A stretch of DNA of 64,000 nt from the NCBI GenBank assembly GCA_001661245.1, contig KV454011.1, forward strand, positions 1 through 64,000, read 5' to 3'. The DNA comes from Pachysolen tannophilus NRRL Y-2460. Taxonomy: Eukaryota. The translations under genes were made by a program, and so were the position numbers. The notes under the pieces are model-generated. The model saw only the letters and a list, made by a program, of their open reading frames with translations. It made no database searches and was not told the origin of the DNA. Positions 43,157 through 54,962 of the stretch are shown piece after piece (the stretch's first letter is position 1; every line of letters starts with the position of its first letter).

Positions 43157-43792
43157 ATGTCAATTTCACCATTGTATGCTGCTTCTCATATCTTCAAATC
43201 TTCAGTTGCGAAGCCAACAGCAGATCTGGCACATAAGGTCCAGTTGTATCTAGATTATGATTGTCCCTTTTCCAAAAAGTTATTTAATAAATTTACTGAG
43301 GAAGTTATACCAGCTTTGGATTCAAAGTATCCAGGTAAATTTGAGTTCATATTTATGAATGTTCCTCAGCCATGGCACCCTACTTCGACTCTAATGCATG
43401 AAGTAGCGGTTGCAGTGGCTAAGTTGCAACCCCAATCATTTTGGAAATTTAGCAATATTTTATTTCAAAATCAAGATCATTTCTTTGATACTGAGACTTA
43501 TAATAAGACAAGGCTGGAAATCTATAAAGATTTGATCAACTTGGCTCAATCAAATTTAGATATTGATGGTAAGGATATTGAAAAATTGGTTGAAATTAAG
43601 CCTGCCAAAAATGGTCAACCTAGTAATTCAGGCAATTTAATTGCTCCTGACTTTAAATATTTTGTGAGATATCATAGAACTATAGGTGTCTTAGTCACCC
43701 CTACGGTTTTCGTTGATGGAATTAGTAACCCATCAATTGAATCATCAACCCCTGTTGAAAAAGTTGTAGAATTATTTGAAAAAATTTTATAG
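43157..43792 (+). CDS. Thioredoxin-fold (DsbA-like) protein with a single-Cys CPFS motif
   Basis: LYLDYDCPFSKK, QPWHP, GVLVTPTVFVDG. Confidence 0.8.
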   Translation: MSISPLYAASHIFKSSVAKPTADLAHKVQLYLDYDCPFSKKLFNKFTEEVIPALDSKYPGKFEFIFMNVPQPWHPTSTLMHEVAVAVAKLQPQSFWKFSNILFQNQDHFFDTETYNKTRLEIYKDLINLAQSNLDIDGKDIEKLVEIKPAKNGQPSNSGNLIAPDFKYFVRYHRTIGVLVTPTVFVDGISNPSIESSTPVEKVVELFEKIL

Positions 43793-43967
43793 CTTTTTTA
43801 CTTCTACTTTATTTTTTAAGGAAGAAAATAAATAATTTATAATTGATATAGGTCGTAGCTAAGAAAATATATATAAAGAGAAAAAAAAAACTAAATAATA
43901 GTACAAAGTCTTGATATAAAATCTGTCCTAAAAAGAAGAAGCAAAAAAAAAGAAAACTTGTATTCAT

Positions 43968-45725
43968 TCAACACCAGAAATGACAAAATTTTTTCCAAAA
44001 TGAATGTGTTTTACGTTGTTCTTTTTCTTCAAGTTTTTCCATCTTTAATACATCTGCATCAAAAAATGTTCTATCTGAGACAATATCAATATCTTCTGCC
44101 CTGAGGAAAAGTTTCCAATTTTTCTTGTATATCTTATGACAGACGTAGAAAACTAATAATACACATCCTCCTAAATAACTTTGGAAAAAATTGTTTGCAT
44201 TTGGTTTACCATCTCCACCTGCAGGCCATAAACCTACCCAAAACTGAGCTATTAAGATTAAAATATCAATAGTAACAGCATAATACGAACCAATTAATCC
44301 AGTATTTGCTACATATCCCAACTCATCAGTTGAATGACCCTGAGCTTTAAGGGCCGCTCTAAACCGAATATGTGAAATACAAATTGACATCCAAGTAAAA
44401 ATTTGACTTAAACCTGAAATTGCTAATAACCAGTTGAATATAGTTTCTTCTTGATCACAAGCTGCTACAAAGGAAAATAATCCGAAAAATGCAGAAATTG
44501 CTAAAGCTCTTGATGGTCTACCCAGTCTGTCAATATAGTTGAAAAACTTTGGAGCAAACCCTTGTTCGGATAAACTTTGTAAAGTTCTTGAAGCAGAATA
44601 TAAGGCAGAGTTACCAACGGATAAAACTGAAAGTAAAATAACGGCATTAATTATATGTGGTACGACTTTAACATGATGTAATTTGGCGGAAAGAACAAAT
44701 GGTGAAGCATGAGTTGCACTTTCACCGGAACCCATCAACTCGTCAGAGTTACTTGGTACTAATAATCCTACTAAAGTTAAAGACCCTAAAAAGAAAACAA
44801 CAATTCTCCAAAACAATTGTTTTGATGCAGTTGGAATTGTCTTTCTTGGATTTGCTTGTTCTGCACATGTAAGAACAACAAATTCACTTTGACCAAGTGA
44901 AAATGCTGCAGTAACGAAAACTGTACATAAACCTTTAAATCCATAATTAAAAGCACCTGGATCATGCCAATACCTTCCACCAATGTATTCATTATCTGGA
45001 TTTTTACCACAATCAACAATAATACCAAATAATATAAACCCAGTCAACATTATCACTTTACAACTGTTAAAGAAAAATTCAGCTTCTCCATAACCTTTTG
45101 ATCCACAAAAATTTATAATTACAATCAACACATAAAATATTGCTACAAATGCATCCGGATTAACAGTAGTTGTCCAATATTTTATTGTTATGGAACCAGT
45201 AACCAACTCTAATGAAATAACACAAAGCCACTGTATACAATAATTCCAACCAACACTAAAACCAAAAGATTCATCTATAAGTCTTGCAGCGTATGCATTA
45301 AACCCACCACTAAGGTTTTGATAAGCAACGGCTAATTCACCTCCACTTTGAATGGTTGGGAACAACATCGTTCCCACTATAGCATAACCAATTAATAAAC
45401 TCAGAGGACCACCTTTAACTAAACTTTTGGCAGAACCAACTAAAAGACCTGTACCTATACCTGTGGATAGAGCAATCATAATAACATGACGTGTATGCAA
45501 ATCTTGTTTTAACTTGATTTTTCTATCATCTCTTATTATAACTTGACTTTCATCTTCTTCTTCTTCTTCTTCAAAACAAGTCTCATCGTCTTGATTCCTT
45601 CTAAACGAATCAACAACTCTAGTCCATCTTGATTTCACAGGTTGAAATGAACCCGTTTTCATGACATTCAAGTCCGACGTCGTTTCCAGCTCCTGTTCAA
45701 CAGAGCAATCAGTTTTCTTAAGCAT
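43968..45725 (-). CDS. Amino-acid permease (YAT family, Gnp1/Agp1/Tat-like)
   Basis: RHVIMIALSTGIGTGLLVG, GYGEAEF, C-terminal FWC. Confidence 0.92.
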   Translation of the reverse strand: MLKKTDCSVEQELETTSDLNVMKTGSFQPVKSRWTRVVDSFRRNQDDETCFEEEEEEDESQVIIRDDRKIKLKQDLHTRHVIMIALSTGIGTGLLVGSAKSLVKGGPLSLLIGYAIVGTMLFPTIQSGGELAVAYQNLSGGFNAYAARLIDESFGFSVGWNYCIQWLCVISLELVTGSITIKYWTTTVNPDAFVAIFYVLIVIINFCGSKGYGEAEFFFNSCKVIMLTGFILFGIIVDCGKNPDNEYIGGRYWHDPGAFNYGFKGLCTVFVTAAFSLGQSEFVVLTCAEQANPRKTIPTASKQLFWRIVVFFLGSLTLVGLLVPSNSDELMGSGESATHASPFVLSAKLHHVKVVPHIINAVILLSVLSVGNSALYSASRTLQSLSEQGFAPKFFNYIDRLGRPSRALAISAFFGLFSFVAACDQEETIFNWLLAISGLSQIFTWMSICISHIRFRAALKAQGHSTDELGYVANTGLIGSYYAVTIDILILIAQFWVGLWPAGGDGKPNANNFFQSYLGGCVLLVFYVCHKIYKKNWKLFLRAEDIDIVSDRTFFDADVLKMEKLEEKEQRKTHSFWKKFCHFWC

Positions 45726-46276
45726 TACACTGAATAATTAATGTGTAGTATAAGCAAAACAAAGTATAGAAAACTCCGAAATATTTAAAACTATTTTTTT
45801 ATTTTTTCTTTTTTTTATTCTTTTTTTTTATATGTTCTCATTAAATTATTATAAATGATATTATTCTACTTATATGATCAGCTCTACGAGACGAAAACTT
45901 TTCTAATAAACTCTTAGGTAAAATAGCTTTTACCCCCAAAATCAAGTAAAACGGGAAACTATTAGCAGTAAAAGCCGTCTTAAAACTACATCTTGTGCGG
46001 CGATGGGATTGTCTTATGCATAAAAATAAAATATTCTGCATACGCCATTGCCTAACCTCTCTATTTGTTCCTTATTTGGACGAAAAAAATTTTTTTGATG
46101 TATTTTTATACACGGGAAGATGTTTAGGGAAGGTGATGCGGTGTTGACCGCAGTGTTAAAATATACATCAAGTGTACACCGAGTGTAGATCAAGTGTAGA
46201 TCAAGTACAATTTGTGATAATGAAGCTGAAGTCTATTTATTAAATTATATTATTTACTTTAAACTACTAGGTGAGT

Positions 46277-49200
46277 TTAGTCTACCTTGTTGATATGTTG
46301 TTCAATCATTTCGGTCCATGGCTCAACAAAATCTAAACCAATTCCACCATTGTCATTGTTAAACCAGTCGAATACTGTATCTGGAGGAAATGGATAGAAA
46401 TCTTGGTCTAAAGGATGAGTGTCAGTAACGTTAAGTTTCCCATGTTGGAGGTTTTCATTATTGGCAACGTTATTTGTTTGCTGTTTTTGGAATTGAGAAA
46501 CACTAGAATTTTTATGTAAATGTTTTTGTGTATCCTCTTTTTCATTGTTGAGATTGTCTATAGAGCATGATTGCTCGTTTCCTGGTTCCTGATTATTTTC
46601 CCACCCTTTTTCAAGATTGGAATGTCTTTTGGAAGCAATTTTTATTTTCATTTCAGAGCATAAATACATCAAGATGGTTGAATATCTGGTACAAAGATGT
46701 AACTCATCAGGGGAAGCCTCTCTTAAAGTGATGGCGGCTTTTTGAATAATACTTAAAACTTCTTCTAATGGGATCAACGATAATGCAACAATCTTTGAAT
46801 TCACTGTAGTTCCACTATTTGTAGAGTTATTTGATGATTGTAATGATGTAATCGTTAAATAATACTTGACAACAAATGCAACAGCTCTAACAACTCTAGT
46901 TACCCATCTAACAGGCATATATTTTAACATTTTCAATCTATGAATTCTTTGAGTACATGCTAACATTTCTTTTGCTGAATTAAAAGCTAGCTCAACGTAT
47001 TTGGCAGATTTGGATATCTCGTCTAATCTTAATTCGTTTTGTTTCTTGTTATATTTTTCGGACCCACTACTATTACTATTGACCGCTTTATTTTGATTGA
47101 AATCAGTTAATGCCAATGAATAAATATATAATCTAGCATAGTAATAATCAAAAATTAAAGATTCTCTATCCACTTGATTATTCAATTCTTTAGAATATTT
47201 TGAATTAAAGTTTAATATCTGCTGATTATGAGAATTAATACTATGGAAATTATGAATATTTGAAGTAACTAATAAGCTTTTGAATCTCTTGTGCCAATTT
47301 TCTAATAACGGAGAAAGAATGTTTAAAATGGCCAAATTTTGCCTCTTATTCAATGCTTCTAATTTTGGTCTAACAACGTACAAATTTTCAAAACATATTG
47401 ACATAATTTGCAACAACTCAATCTTAGCCTTTTGCATCTTTGAGAATTTTAATTTTGTATCTGTTTTATGTCTTAATCCTTCCTCGTCATCATTCAATAC
47501 AAGATCATCCTCATCTGCTTCTTTATGTTTTGATTTTTTCGTTTTTTCGTTAACGTTATTAAGTACATTTGTTTCTTCTCCTTCATCTTCATCATCAGTG
47601 TCTAAATCAATCTCTGATAATGAATTTGACAACATTGATCGCCTACTAACGTTCATAGCACAATGTGTCTCACTTATATGACATGCTAAAAATACACGAG
47701 AACTATTTTCCATGAAACCCATATCTTGAGCCAATCTGACTGCTGAACCAATCAACATCCAACCCATTCTTGCACTTCTTCTCATGGCCCCTAGCCCAGC
47801 CAATCCATCGCCATCACCAGAACTATCTGGTCCTGATTGTATGTTTGCTTCATCTCCGTCATTATACTCCGGTTTATTTGCATAATCAGACCATCTCCAA
47901 TGAATGGCTCTCGGATTCCATTCTGTGAAAAGTAAAAAAGAAAACACCGTTCCAATCGATCTCGTAGAGGCCTCAGCCCAAACAGTTTGTGAAATCAATC
48001 GTTGACAATATATCCATAATCTTTCATGAACTTCTATATGAGAATGTACAGTGTTACTTTTAGAAGCATCATTTAATTCAGCATTTTCTTGCATATTTTT
48101 CACATTTTCATTGGCTTCTTCTGTTTCTGTGAAGGAGTGATAACGGGAACTGATAGTTAAAATTGCACATAGTAAAATTGGATATCCTGCTAATATGTCT
48201 GGATCCATCAAATTAGGAGGAATGTGTGGGAAAAAGGGATGCATTGTAGTGAAAAACAAGTTAATCAATTTTCTCGCACCCCTTTCCGATAAAATTGAAT
48301 CTTCCCCAATGTATTCAATATCAGATAATCTTGATGAAGGTTTAGGTATGACACTTTCTAGATGATCTACCATGGGCATTGAAAATTGCTGACTTGAGTT
48401 TTTTGCAGTGATAATAGGACGAGCTGATGAAAATTTCAGATTTTGTATAGAAGAATCTTGTTGGAAATCTGGCGATGTATAATTTGATGAAGTAGAATTT
48501 GCAGTTGTCAAAGGCTGCGAAGTTGCAGCAGTATATGTGTTTAAATCCAGATCTGAATTTTCACGTGAGATTAACTTGCTGGTGTTACTCACTTTATCCA
48601 AAGCATTGTGTTTTTCCCTTGCATCAATTCTATCTCTTTCGTCTGCCTTTGCAAAATTACCAGCTGCTTTTGCTAAAAATTCTAAAGCATTTTGATCACT
48701 ATTAAACTGAGTTATATCTGATACTTGCCTATTATTATTTGAATTCTTTGTAGGTTCCAAAGGTTCTACAATATTATCCCTTGAGTTTGATCCTGGAACT
48801 TGTGGAGCTAAGACTCTTATAGGAGGTAAACTTGTGTCCACGTTACTATCCATATTTAACATTCTTCTTGTGTATTGATTTTGCACATCCCCAGAATTCG
48901 AATTTGAATTTGTATTTACTAAAGCTGTCGGAGGAGGTAGCTTACCATTCCTATCTTGATAACCTCTATTCAACTGATACTCATACAAATTGGAAGAGAC
49001 ATTCAGATTCAGAGCAACTTGGTTATAATTAGTTGGCAATATGGGTTTACTATTGTGGCTATTATTGTTATTATTATTATTATTACTATTAGCATTCAAC
49101 CCAGAGTATGAGGATTCTAAGATTCCTCGTGTAGGTGCTTTTTGGCTAGGCCACAATTGTGTTACAGTTCCATCATTTAAAATATTATTTTTGCTCGGTA

Positions 49201-49513
49201 ATTCTGATTCTTCTTCTATTTTACGTTTTTTGCCAGCTGAAAAATTTGCCGATCCACCTCTTCGACTTTCAACAAATATACATTCTCTTCTCTCTCTTCT
49301 ACAACGTGCACATGGTGGATCATTGGGAAAATCAACGCTTCCAAGATCACATTTAACCTTTCGTGTCCGACAGTTTAAACAAGCCTTATAATTCCTTTTA
49401 AATTTCTTTTGTTGTGGATCTGGGGAAGAGTTTCTTGAGCCAAAACTCTCATCAGCAACCGGAGATTTTTGTTGTTGGAAATCATTATCTCTAGAAGTTA
49501 TATGGCCGTTCAT
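46277..49513 (-). CDS. ARO80: Zn(II)2Cys6 transcription factor Aro80
   Basis: ACLNCRTRKVKCDLG...PPCARCRRERRECIF; FTEWNPRAIHW; EASPDELHLCTRYS; GLDFVEPWTE. Confidence 0.88.
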   Translation of the reverse strand: MNGHITSRDNDFQQQKSPVADESFGSRNSSPDPQQKKFKRNYKACLNCRTRKVKCDLGSVDFPNDPPCARCRRERRECIFVESRRGGSANFSAGKKRKIEEESELPSKNNILNDGTVTQLWPSQKAPTRGILESSYSGLNANSNNNNNNNNSHNSKPILPTNYNQVALNLNVSSNLYEYQLNRGYQDRNGKLPPPTALVNTNSNSNSGDVQNQYTRRMLNMDSNVDTSLPPIRVLAPQVPGSNSRDNIVEPLEPTKNSNNNRQVSDITQFNSDQNALEFLAKAAGNFAKADERDRIDAREKHNALDKVSNTSKLISRENSDLDLNTYTAATSQPLTTANSTSSNYTSPDFQQDSSIQNLKFSSARPIITAKNSSQQFSMPMVDHLESVIPKPSSRLSDIEYIGEDSILSERGARKLINLFFTTMHPFFPHIPPNLMDPDILAGYPILLCAILTISSRYHSFTETEEANENVKNMQENAELNDASKSNTVHSHIEVHERLWIYCQRLISQTVWAEASTRSIGTVFSFLLFTEWNPRAIHWRWSDYANKPEYNDGDEANIQSGPDSSGDGDGLAGLGAMRRSARMGWMLIGSAVRLAQDMGFMENSSRVFLACHISETHCAMNVSRRSMLSNSLSEIDLDTDDEDEGEETNVLNNVNEKTKKSKHKEADEDDLVLNDDEEGLRHKTDTKLKFSKMQKAKIELLQIMSICFENLYVVRPKLEALNKRQNLAILNILSPLLENWHKRFKSLLVTSNIHNFHSINSHNQQILNFNSKYSKELNNQVDRESLIFDYYYARLYIYSLALTDFNQNKAVNSNSSGSEKYNKKQNELRLDEISKSAKYVELAFNSAKEMLACTQRIHRLKMLKYMPVRWVTRVVRAVAFVVKYYLTITSLQSSNNSTNSGTTVNSKIVALSLIPLEEVLSIIQKAAITLREASPDELHLCTRYSTILMYLCSEMKIKIASKRHSNLEKGWENNQEPGNEQSCSIDNLNNEKEDTQKHLHKNSSVSQFQKQQTNNVANNENLQHGKLNVTDTHPLDQDFYPFPPDTVFDWFNNDNGGIGLDFVEPWTEMIEQHINKVD

Positions 49514-50193
49514 GGTATTAAATCAACCTCTCAACCCGAAAAAAAAAAGCAAAAAAAAAAAAAAAAGGAAAAATTTGATTGCCCTCTTGCCCTTGTCAAA
49601 TCTCTTTTCAATTTCTTTCAACCTTCAAAAAGACAAGTAAACCTACAATAGGCAAAATTATCAATATTAAAACTTTTCAATAGTTTACTGACAAAAAATA
49701 AATAATTAATACCGAATGAATATGGTCATTAGATCTTCACATTCGTTGTGGTCCGTCAATAACCTTCCGCAGATTTTTCAGTCTTTTTCGGGTCTTCTGG
49801 AACTAAACTTCTCCGGAAATGGAGAAATCCTTAATTCCCTATAAAACCACTTTTCCTAGACGGAGAAAATATTTTTTTAATTTTGGAGACGGAGATTCAA
49901 AATTTTTCACTTTTCAGTTCAATGATCAAAGTGTGTTCAGGTCTTGAAACCGAGTAGTAGTATCGACCAAAGATTAAAATCTTACTAAATAGAGATATAC
50001 ACAATTAGTATAGGTATACCAAAGCTAAAAAGGCAATAAAATTATATTAAAACACAAATATATACTGGCAAAATATAAAAAAAAAAAAAAAAGAAAGAGA
50101 CAAATAGTTAACATATCACTTCAAAACCTTGTTTTTTTTTTTTTTCTTCTTCTTTTAAATTTCCTTATAGTTCACCATTTTTTTTTCAATAAT

Positions 50194-51128
50194 CTAATAG
50201 AAAGTTGTTGGACGCTTTGGAGCAAAAACTTGCTTTGACTTTTGGATTCTGTGTGGTAATGGGAATTTCAAGTTCTTTGAAAGGAATTGTTTAACGTATT
50301 GACGTTTGACATCATCGGTCTTTTCTAATTCGACAACTTTTAAAATGTGAACTGATCTAAATCTGGCTCTGTGTCTAGCAGCCAAGTCTTGGTACATGGA
50401 TTCAACAGCACCAACTCTGGTAACATCTCTATATTCCTTGTACATGTTGTGGGTACCGGATCTGGAATCGTATCTGATCCAAATACCAAAGTTCTTGACT
50501 TTTGTTGGGTGAGCTTCAGAAATGGCGTTAACTGAAACAATTTCACCAGAGGCCTTCTTGACCTTGTGTAATTTTTGCAAGAAATACCAGTAACGAGATT
50601 TAGCAACAACAACGTTTGGTGCAAAAATTCTCATACGGAATAATTTTGGCTCTGGAACCGATTCAGTTGGTAAACGGCGACCAATAACTTGATATTCATT
50701 TAAACGTGCCACTAGATTAAAAAATAGTTAGTATTATTAATTCTTTTAAAATTTCATGATAATAGTTAAGATAGTAATAATGTGAACAGTGAATTTTAAC
50801 ATTAAATCCAATAAAATGAATTCATTTCAACATCATCGTTTAATATCATAGTAATGAGCTTTCTTAAAATAAAAAAAAAGACAGAAAAAGCTCCCCCTAG
50901 AATTTGAATTCGAATTAATTTTAATAATTATTTTCATTAATTTCCCCATTGAATATATTCAACATTTTTTTAAATTTAATTTCATTCTAGTCACTATAAT
51001 AAGAAACTAGACTCATGAAACCAACAAGAAAAAATCCCCTCCCGAATGCTTTCTAGACTGTTCTAACTATTATCACTATTATTACCACATCATAATCATC
51101 ATTATCATATCGATTCTATCAACTTACT
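50194..51128 (-). CDS. RPL20: 60S ribosomal protein eL20; start codon split A|TG by intron 51127-50712
   Basis: [43 protein letters not shown] at 51128/51127; TACTAAC...TAG|TGGCA. Confidence 0.95.
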
Positions 51129-51303
51129 TTTTAAGATTGTTGTCAATATTAAAATTCCCTGTATTAACTAAAATATTAAATTTATATATATACTTTTCTA
51201 CTTTTACTTATTTAATTCATTGTGAAAAAAATTGTCCTTCGGTATAAAAAACAAAGTTCGTGTAGAAAGTCTCAAAAAAAAATTTTATTTCTCTGAAAAG
51301 AGT

Positions 51304-51400
51304 TGTGACTGTGAAAAGTTCAAAAATTTCTCAAAAAAGTAACTAGGGCTGTGGTTTAGGGATGCATCCCTACCACTGATATAGGGCCTAGAAACCTAAT
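51304..51400. promoter_or_regulatory. Ribosomal-protein promoter: Homol-D box plus Tbf1-type TAGGG sites
   Basis: TGTGACTG 51304-51311; TAGGGCT 51344; palindrome TAGGGATGCATCCCTA 51357-51372; TAGGGCCTA 51382. Confidence 0.7.
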
Positions 51401-51638
51401 GTGAGATCAGAAAAAACTCAATTTATTATAAAACGGCCATATGTAAGAATATGCATGATAAAAGTTATAGTTTCTCTTAGTCAAATTTTTTTAAATACTT
51501 CAACTGATGTTCAGAAACCATGATTCATGGTAGATTAAGTTCTTATGGTTCAGTTTACTTTTTTGCCTTTATTTTGGGGGTTTTATTTTTTTTTTTGTTC
51601 AGCTAGTTTTGGCATCACTCTGTGTCTTAATGTTTGTA

Positions 51639-51878
51639 TCGTTTAAAAAAATATATATATATTGCCTGCAATTCTCGTATAAAAAAACATCTGCTTTTCA
51701 CATGCATATGATGAAGTTAAAAAATCATCCCATACTTCACTCACCGTATATTTTAGATTTCTGTTTCTTTCGAATAAGAAATAAAGAAATGTTCAAGGCA
51801 CGATAGTGGTAGTCTTTATGAGAAATGATTCGTTTAATATTTAATATTATATCGTTTCGTTTTGTCTTATTTCGTATA
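51639..51878 (+). promoter_or_regulatory. Cluster of Upc2/Ecm22 sterol-response elements upstream of ERG25
   Basis: TCGTATA at 51675 and 51872; TCGTTTA at 51639 and 51830. Confidence 0.75.
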
Positions 51879-52022
51879 GAAATGCATTAACAAACAGTAC
51901 GATACCTTATTTATTTTACATCTTCGTATTTACTATTCATTATTCATTATATAAATAATCTATTAGATTCTATTTTCTTTAAAAAAATTTACTAAATTAA
52001 AAATTAAACAAAAGAAATTAGA

Positions 52023-52946
52023 ATGAGTGACGTTTTTAACAGTAGTGGTCTTCAGGATGTTTCTGTACCAACTTTTAAAGCTATTTTAACTAATATTATG
52101 GAAACACAAAAGAATTTAAATTTTATTGAACAATTATGGGCTTCATATTATACATATATGAATAACGATGTGTTGGCAACTGGTTTATTATTTTTCCTAA
52201 CTCATGAATTGATGTATTTTGGTAGATGTTTACCATGGTATATAATTGATAAAATTCCATATTTTAATAGATGGAAAATACAACCTAAATATATTCCAAG
52301 TGATAAAGAACAATGGGAATGTTTTAAATCAGTATTAAAATCACATTTATTAGTAGAGGCTCTTCCAATATGGACTTTCCATCCCTTGTGTAAAAAATTA
52401 GGTATTGCTGTTACAGTTCCATTCCCAAGTTTAACAGAAATGATATTACAATGGTGTTTATTTTTCATATTAGAAGATATGTGGCATTATTGGGCTCATC
52501 GTCTTTTCCATTTTGGTCCTTTCTACAAATATATTCATAAACAACATCATAGATACGCTGCTCCTTTTGGATTGGCTGCAGAGTATGCACATCCACTAGA
52601 AACAATGAGTTTAGGTTTTGGTACCGTTGGATTCCCAATTATTTATGCTGCATTAACACATCATTTACATCTTTTCACAGTTACATGTTGGATAGTCTTT
52701 AGACTCTTCCAAGCTGTAGATTCACATTCGGGTTACGATTTCCCTTGGTCATTACATCACTTCATACCGTTCTGGGCAGGTGCAGAACATCATGATTTAC
52801 ATCATCACTATTTCATTGGTAACTACGCTTCAAGTTTCAGATGGTGGGATTATTCTTTAGATACAGAAGCTGGCCCAGAAGCCAAGAGAGAAAGAGAAGA
52901 AAGAATGAGTAGAAAAGCTGAAATAAAAGCAAAAAAATTCAACTGA
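52023..52946 (+). CDS. ERG25: C-4 methylsterol oxidase
   Basis: His boxes [34 protein letters not shown]; KKxx-type ER tail. Confidence 0.96.
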   Translation: MSDVFNSSGLQDVSVPTFKAILTNIMETQKNLNFIEQLWASYYTYMNNDVLATGLLFFLTHELMYFGRCLPWYIIDKIPYFNRWKIQPKYIPSDKEQWECFKSVLKSHLLVEALPIWTFHPLCKKLGIAVTVPFPSLTEMILQWCLFFILEDMWHYWAHRLFHFGPFYKYIHKQHHRYAAPFGLAAEYAHPLETMSLGFGTVGFPIIYAALTHHLHLFTVTCWIVFRLFQAVDSHSGYDFPWSLHHFIPFWAGAEHHDLHHHYFIGNYASSFRWWDYSLDTEAGPEAKREREERMSRKAEIKAKKFN

Positions 52947-53270
52947 AAAGAGCCAAAGAAAGCAATAAGCAAAAAAAAAAAAAAGAAATTAAATATAATT
53001 AAATAAACTGTTTGTAAATTGAATAAATAATTTTTAATTCGTATTGGTTTTCGTAAAAAGGTAAAAATGTGAGATTTGTTAATTTTCATGTATGTACTAA
53101 GTAATACAAATTCCCCGCCAATCTAGAATTAGACATAAATATTAATATTAATATTAATATAAATATATAAATATATATCTACATATATATACGAGCAAGA
53201 ATATTATTGAATCTTTAGTTATCATTAGTGTAATTGAGCAGTTGAGTAATTGCAATTGGATTTTTCAAAA

Positions 53271-54689
53271 ATGTCAAACAGAAATCATAAAGTTATTATA
53301 ATTGGGTCCGGTATTTCGGGTATAAAAGCAGCTATCGAATTGCACAAGAAGGGAATTGATACCTTGATATTGGAAGCAAGAGACAGAATCGGCGGAAGAC
53401 TGTATACGGTTGAATCACCAGTCACTAAGGTCAAATATGATTTGGGTTGTTGTTGGTTTCATTGTACTGGTTTCAATCCTCTTTTCAAGAATTCTTTGAA
53501 TGCAGGTAATGTTGAATATTGTTTTGATGATTCTTCAATTGCATTTATATCGAATGAGGGTTACATCCCAGGGTCATATAATTTGGGACCAGTTGTGGAT
53601 GAAATGAAATTATTTGCTTCAAAATTTGAGAATGGTGAATCGTTAAATCTTCATACTTTATCAAATCATTATATTTTTGAAAATAAAAATGTATTGACAA
53701 AACAACAAATAAGATATGCTCCACAATTATTAAGATTGTTAGAAGTTCCAAATGGTGTTTCTTGGGATATGGTTTCCGGCTCCAAATCCATTGCTCCTTA
53801 TGGTGGTAGAGATGCATTTGTTAAAAACTGTTATGAAACTGTATTAAATAATGAATTAAAGGGATACCCTGTAAATGAGAAAATATTAACAAATAAAGTT
53901 GTCTCTGCTATTGAAAAGAAAGATTCAAAAATTATAATCACTACTACTGGAAACGAGATTTTCACTTCGGATTATGTTATTGTTACCATTCCTCAACCTT
54001 TATTGACTTTATCTAAAGGTGAAGAAGGTTCGATTGAATTTAAACCTTCATTACCAAGGACTATAACAGATAATTTTCCAAAGACAAAATCTGTATCTTT
54101 GAACAAAGTCATTTTTGAATTTGATCAAGTGTTTTGGCCCGAGGATATTGAAAAATTTATAACCATTGGTAAAGTAGATGAAGATTTTTCGGAAAAAATT
54201 ATTGAAAATAAAATAGATGTTACAGATTTAAAAGTAGATATAGAACTGTTTGATGTTTTAGGTGCAAAAACCCCAGAAACATGGGAATTCCCAACTTTAG
54301 TTGCCAACCTATTTGCAATCAAGAAATTACCATCTTTGATGTTTCTTATCCCATCTCCTGCTTCTTTATATTTGGAAAAATATCCAGACCAAAGATGGAC
54401 CTTGTTGAAACCTTTAATTGCCAAAATTGCCAAGTTAGAGGAATCACAATTACCGGAACCAATTAATACCATTGGAAGTTCCTGGTCAAGTGACCCTTTT
54501 AGCCGTGGATCCATTTCAGGAATCCCTCCTGACGGTTTAATTGTCAATGAAGGTTTAATTGAAGGTTTTGGAAATATCAGATTCGCAGGCGAACATACCA
54601 TCTACGAGGGCCACGGATGTGCCCACGGAGCATGGTTAAGTGGCTTAAGAGAAGCCAACCACATCCTAGACAGACTCAACACCAAATAG
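53271..54689 (+). CDS. Flavin amine/polyamine oxidase (Fms1/Cbp1-like)
   Basis: IIIGSGISG, EARDRIGGR, YDLGCCWFH, WSSDPFSRGS, FAGEHT...GCAHGAWLSGLREA; first ATG at 53271. Confidence 0.85.
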   Translation: MSNRNHKVIIIGSGISGIKAAIELHKKGIDTLILEARDRIGGRLYTVESPVTKVKYDLGCCWFHCTGFNPLFKNSLNAGNVEYCFDDSSIAFISNEGYIPGSYNLGPVVDEMKLFASKFENGESLNLHTLSNHYIFENKNVLTKQQIRYAPQLLRLLEVPNGVSWDMVSGSKSIAPYGGRDAFVKNCYETVLNNELKGYPVNEKILTNKVVSAIEKKDSKIIITTTGNEIFTSDYVIVTIPQPLLTLSKGEEGSIEFKPSLPRTITDNFPKTKSVSLNKVIFEFDQVFWPEDIEKFITIGKVDEDFSEKIIENKIDVTDLKVDIELFDVLGAKTPETWEFPTLVANLFAIKKLPSLMFLIPSPASLYLEKYPDQRWTLLKPLIAKIAKLEESQLPEPINTIGSSWSSDPFSRGSISGIPPDGLIVNEGLIEGFGNIRFAGEHTIYEGHGCAHGAWLSGLREANHILDRLNTK

Positions 54690-54962
54690 ACTCTCATCAG
54701 ATGCCAACAGGGCACCAACAAGGCCCTTGAATAGCATCATTTGAACTAAATATATAGGTTATATACGGTGTCAAGTAAATAGCCCCAAAATACTTTTGGG
54801 GCGCTTGAATTTTGTTAAGTCTTTTGATTGTAAACTAAAATAAGTATGATGATAATAGTAAATAGATAGTAGTCTGACCTTTTATAATATCATCCATTAT
54901 ATTGAGATTTTAAGGTATTGAGAAATAAGAGAAGGGACTATAATCTGTTGTATTGGTTGGCC

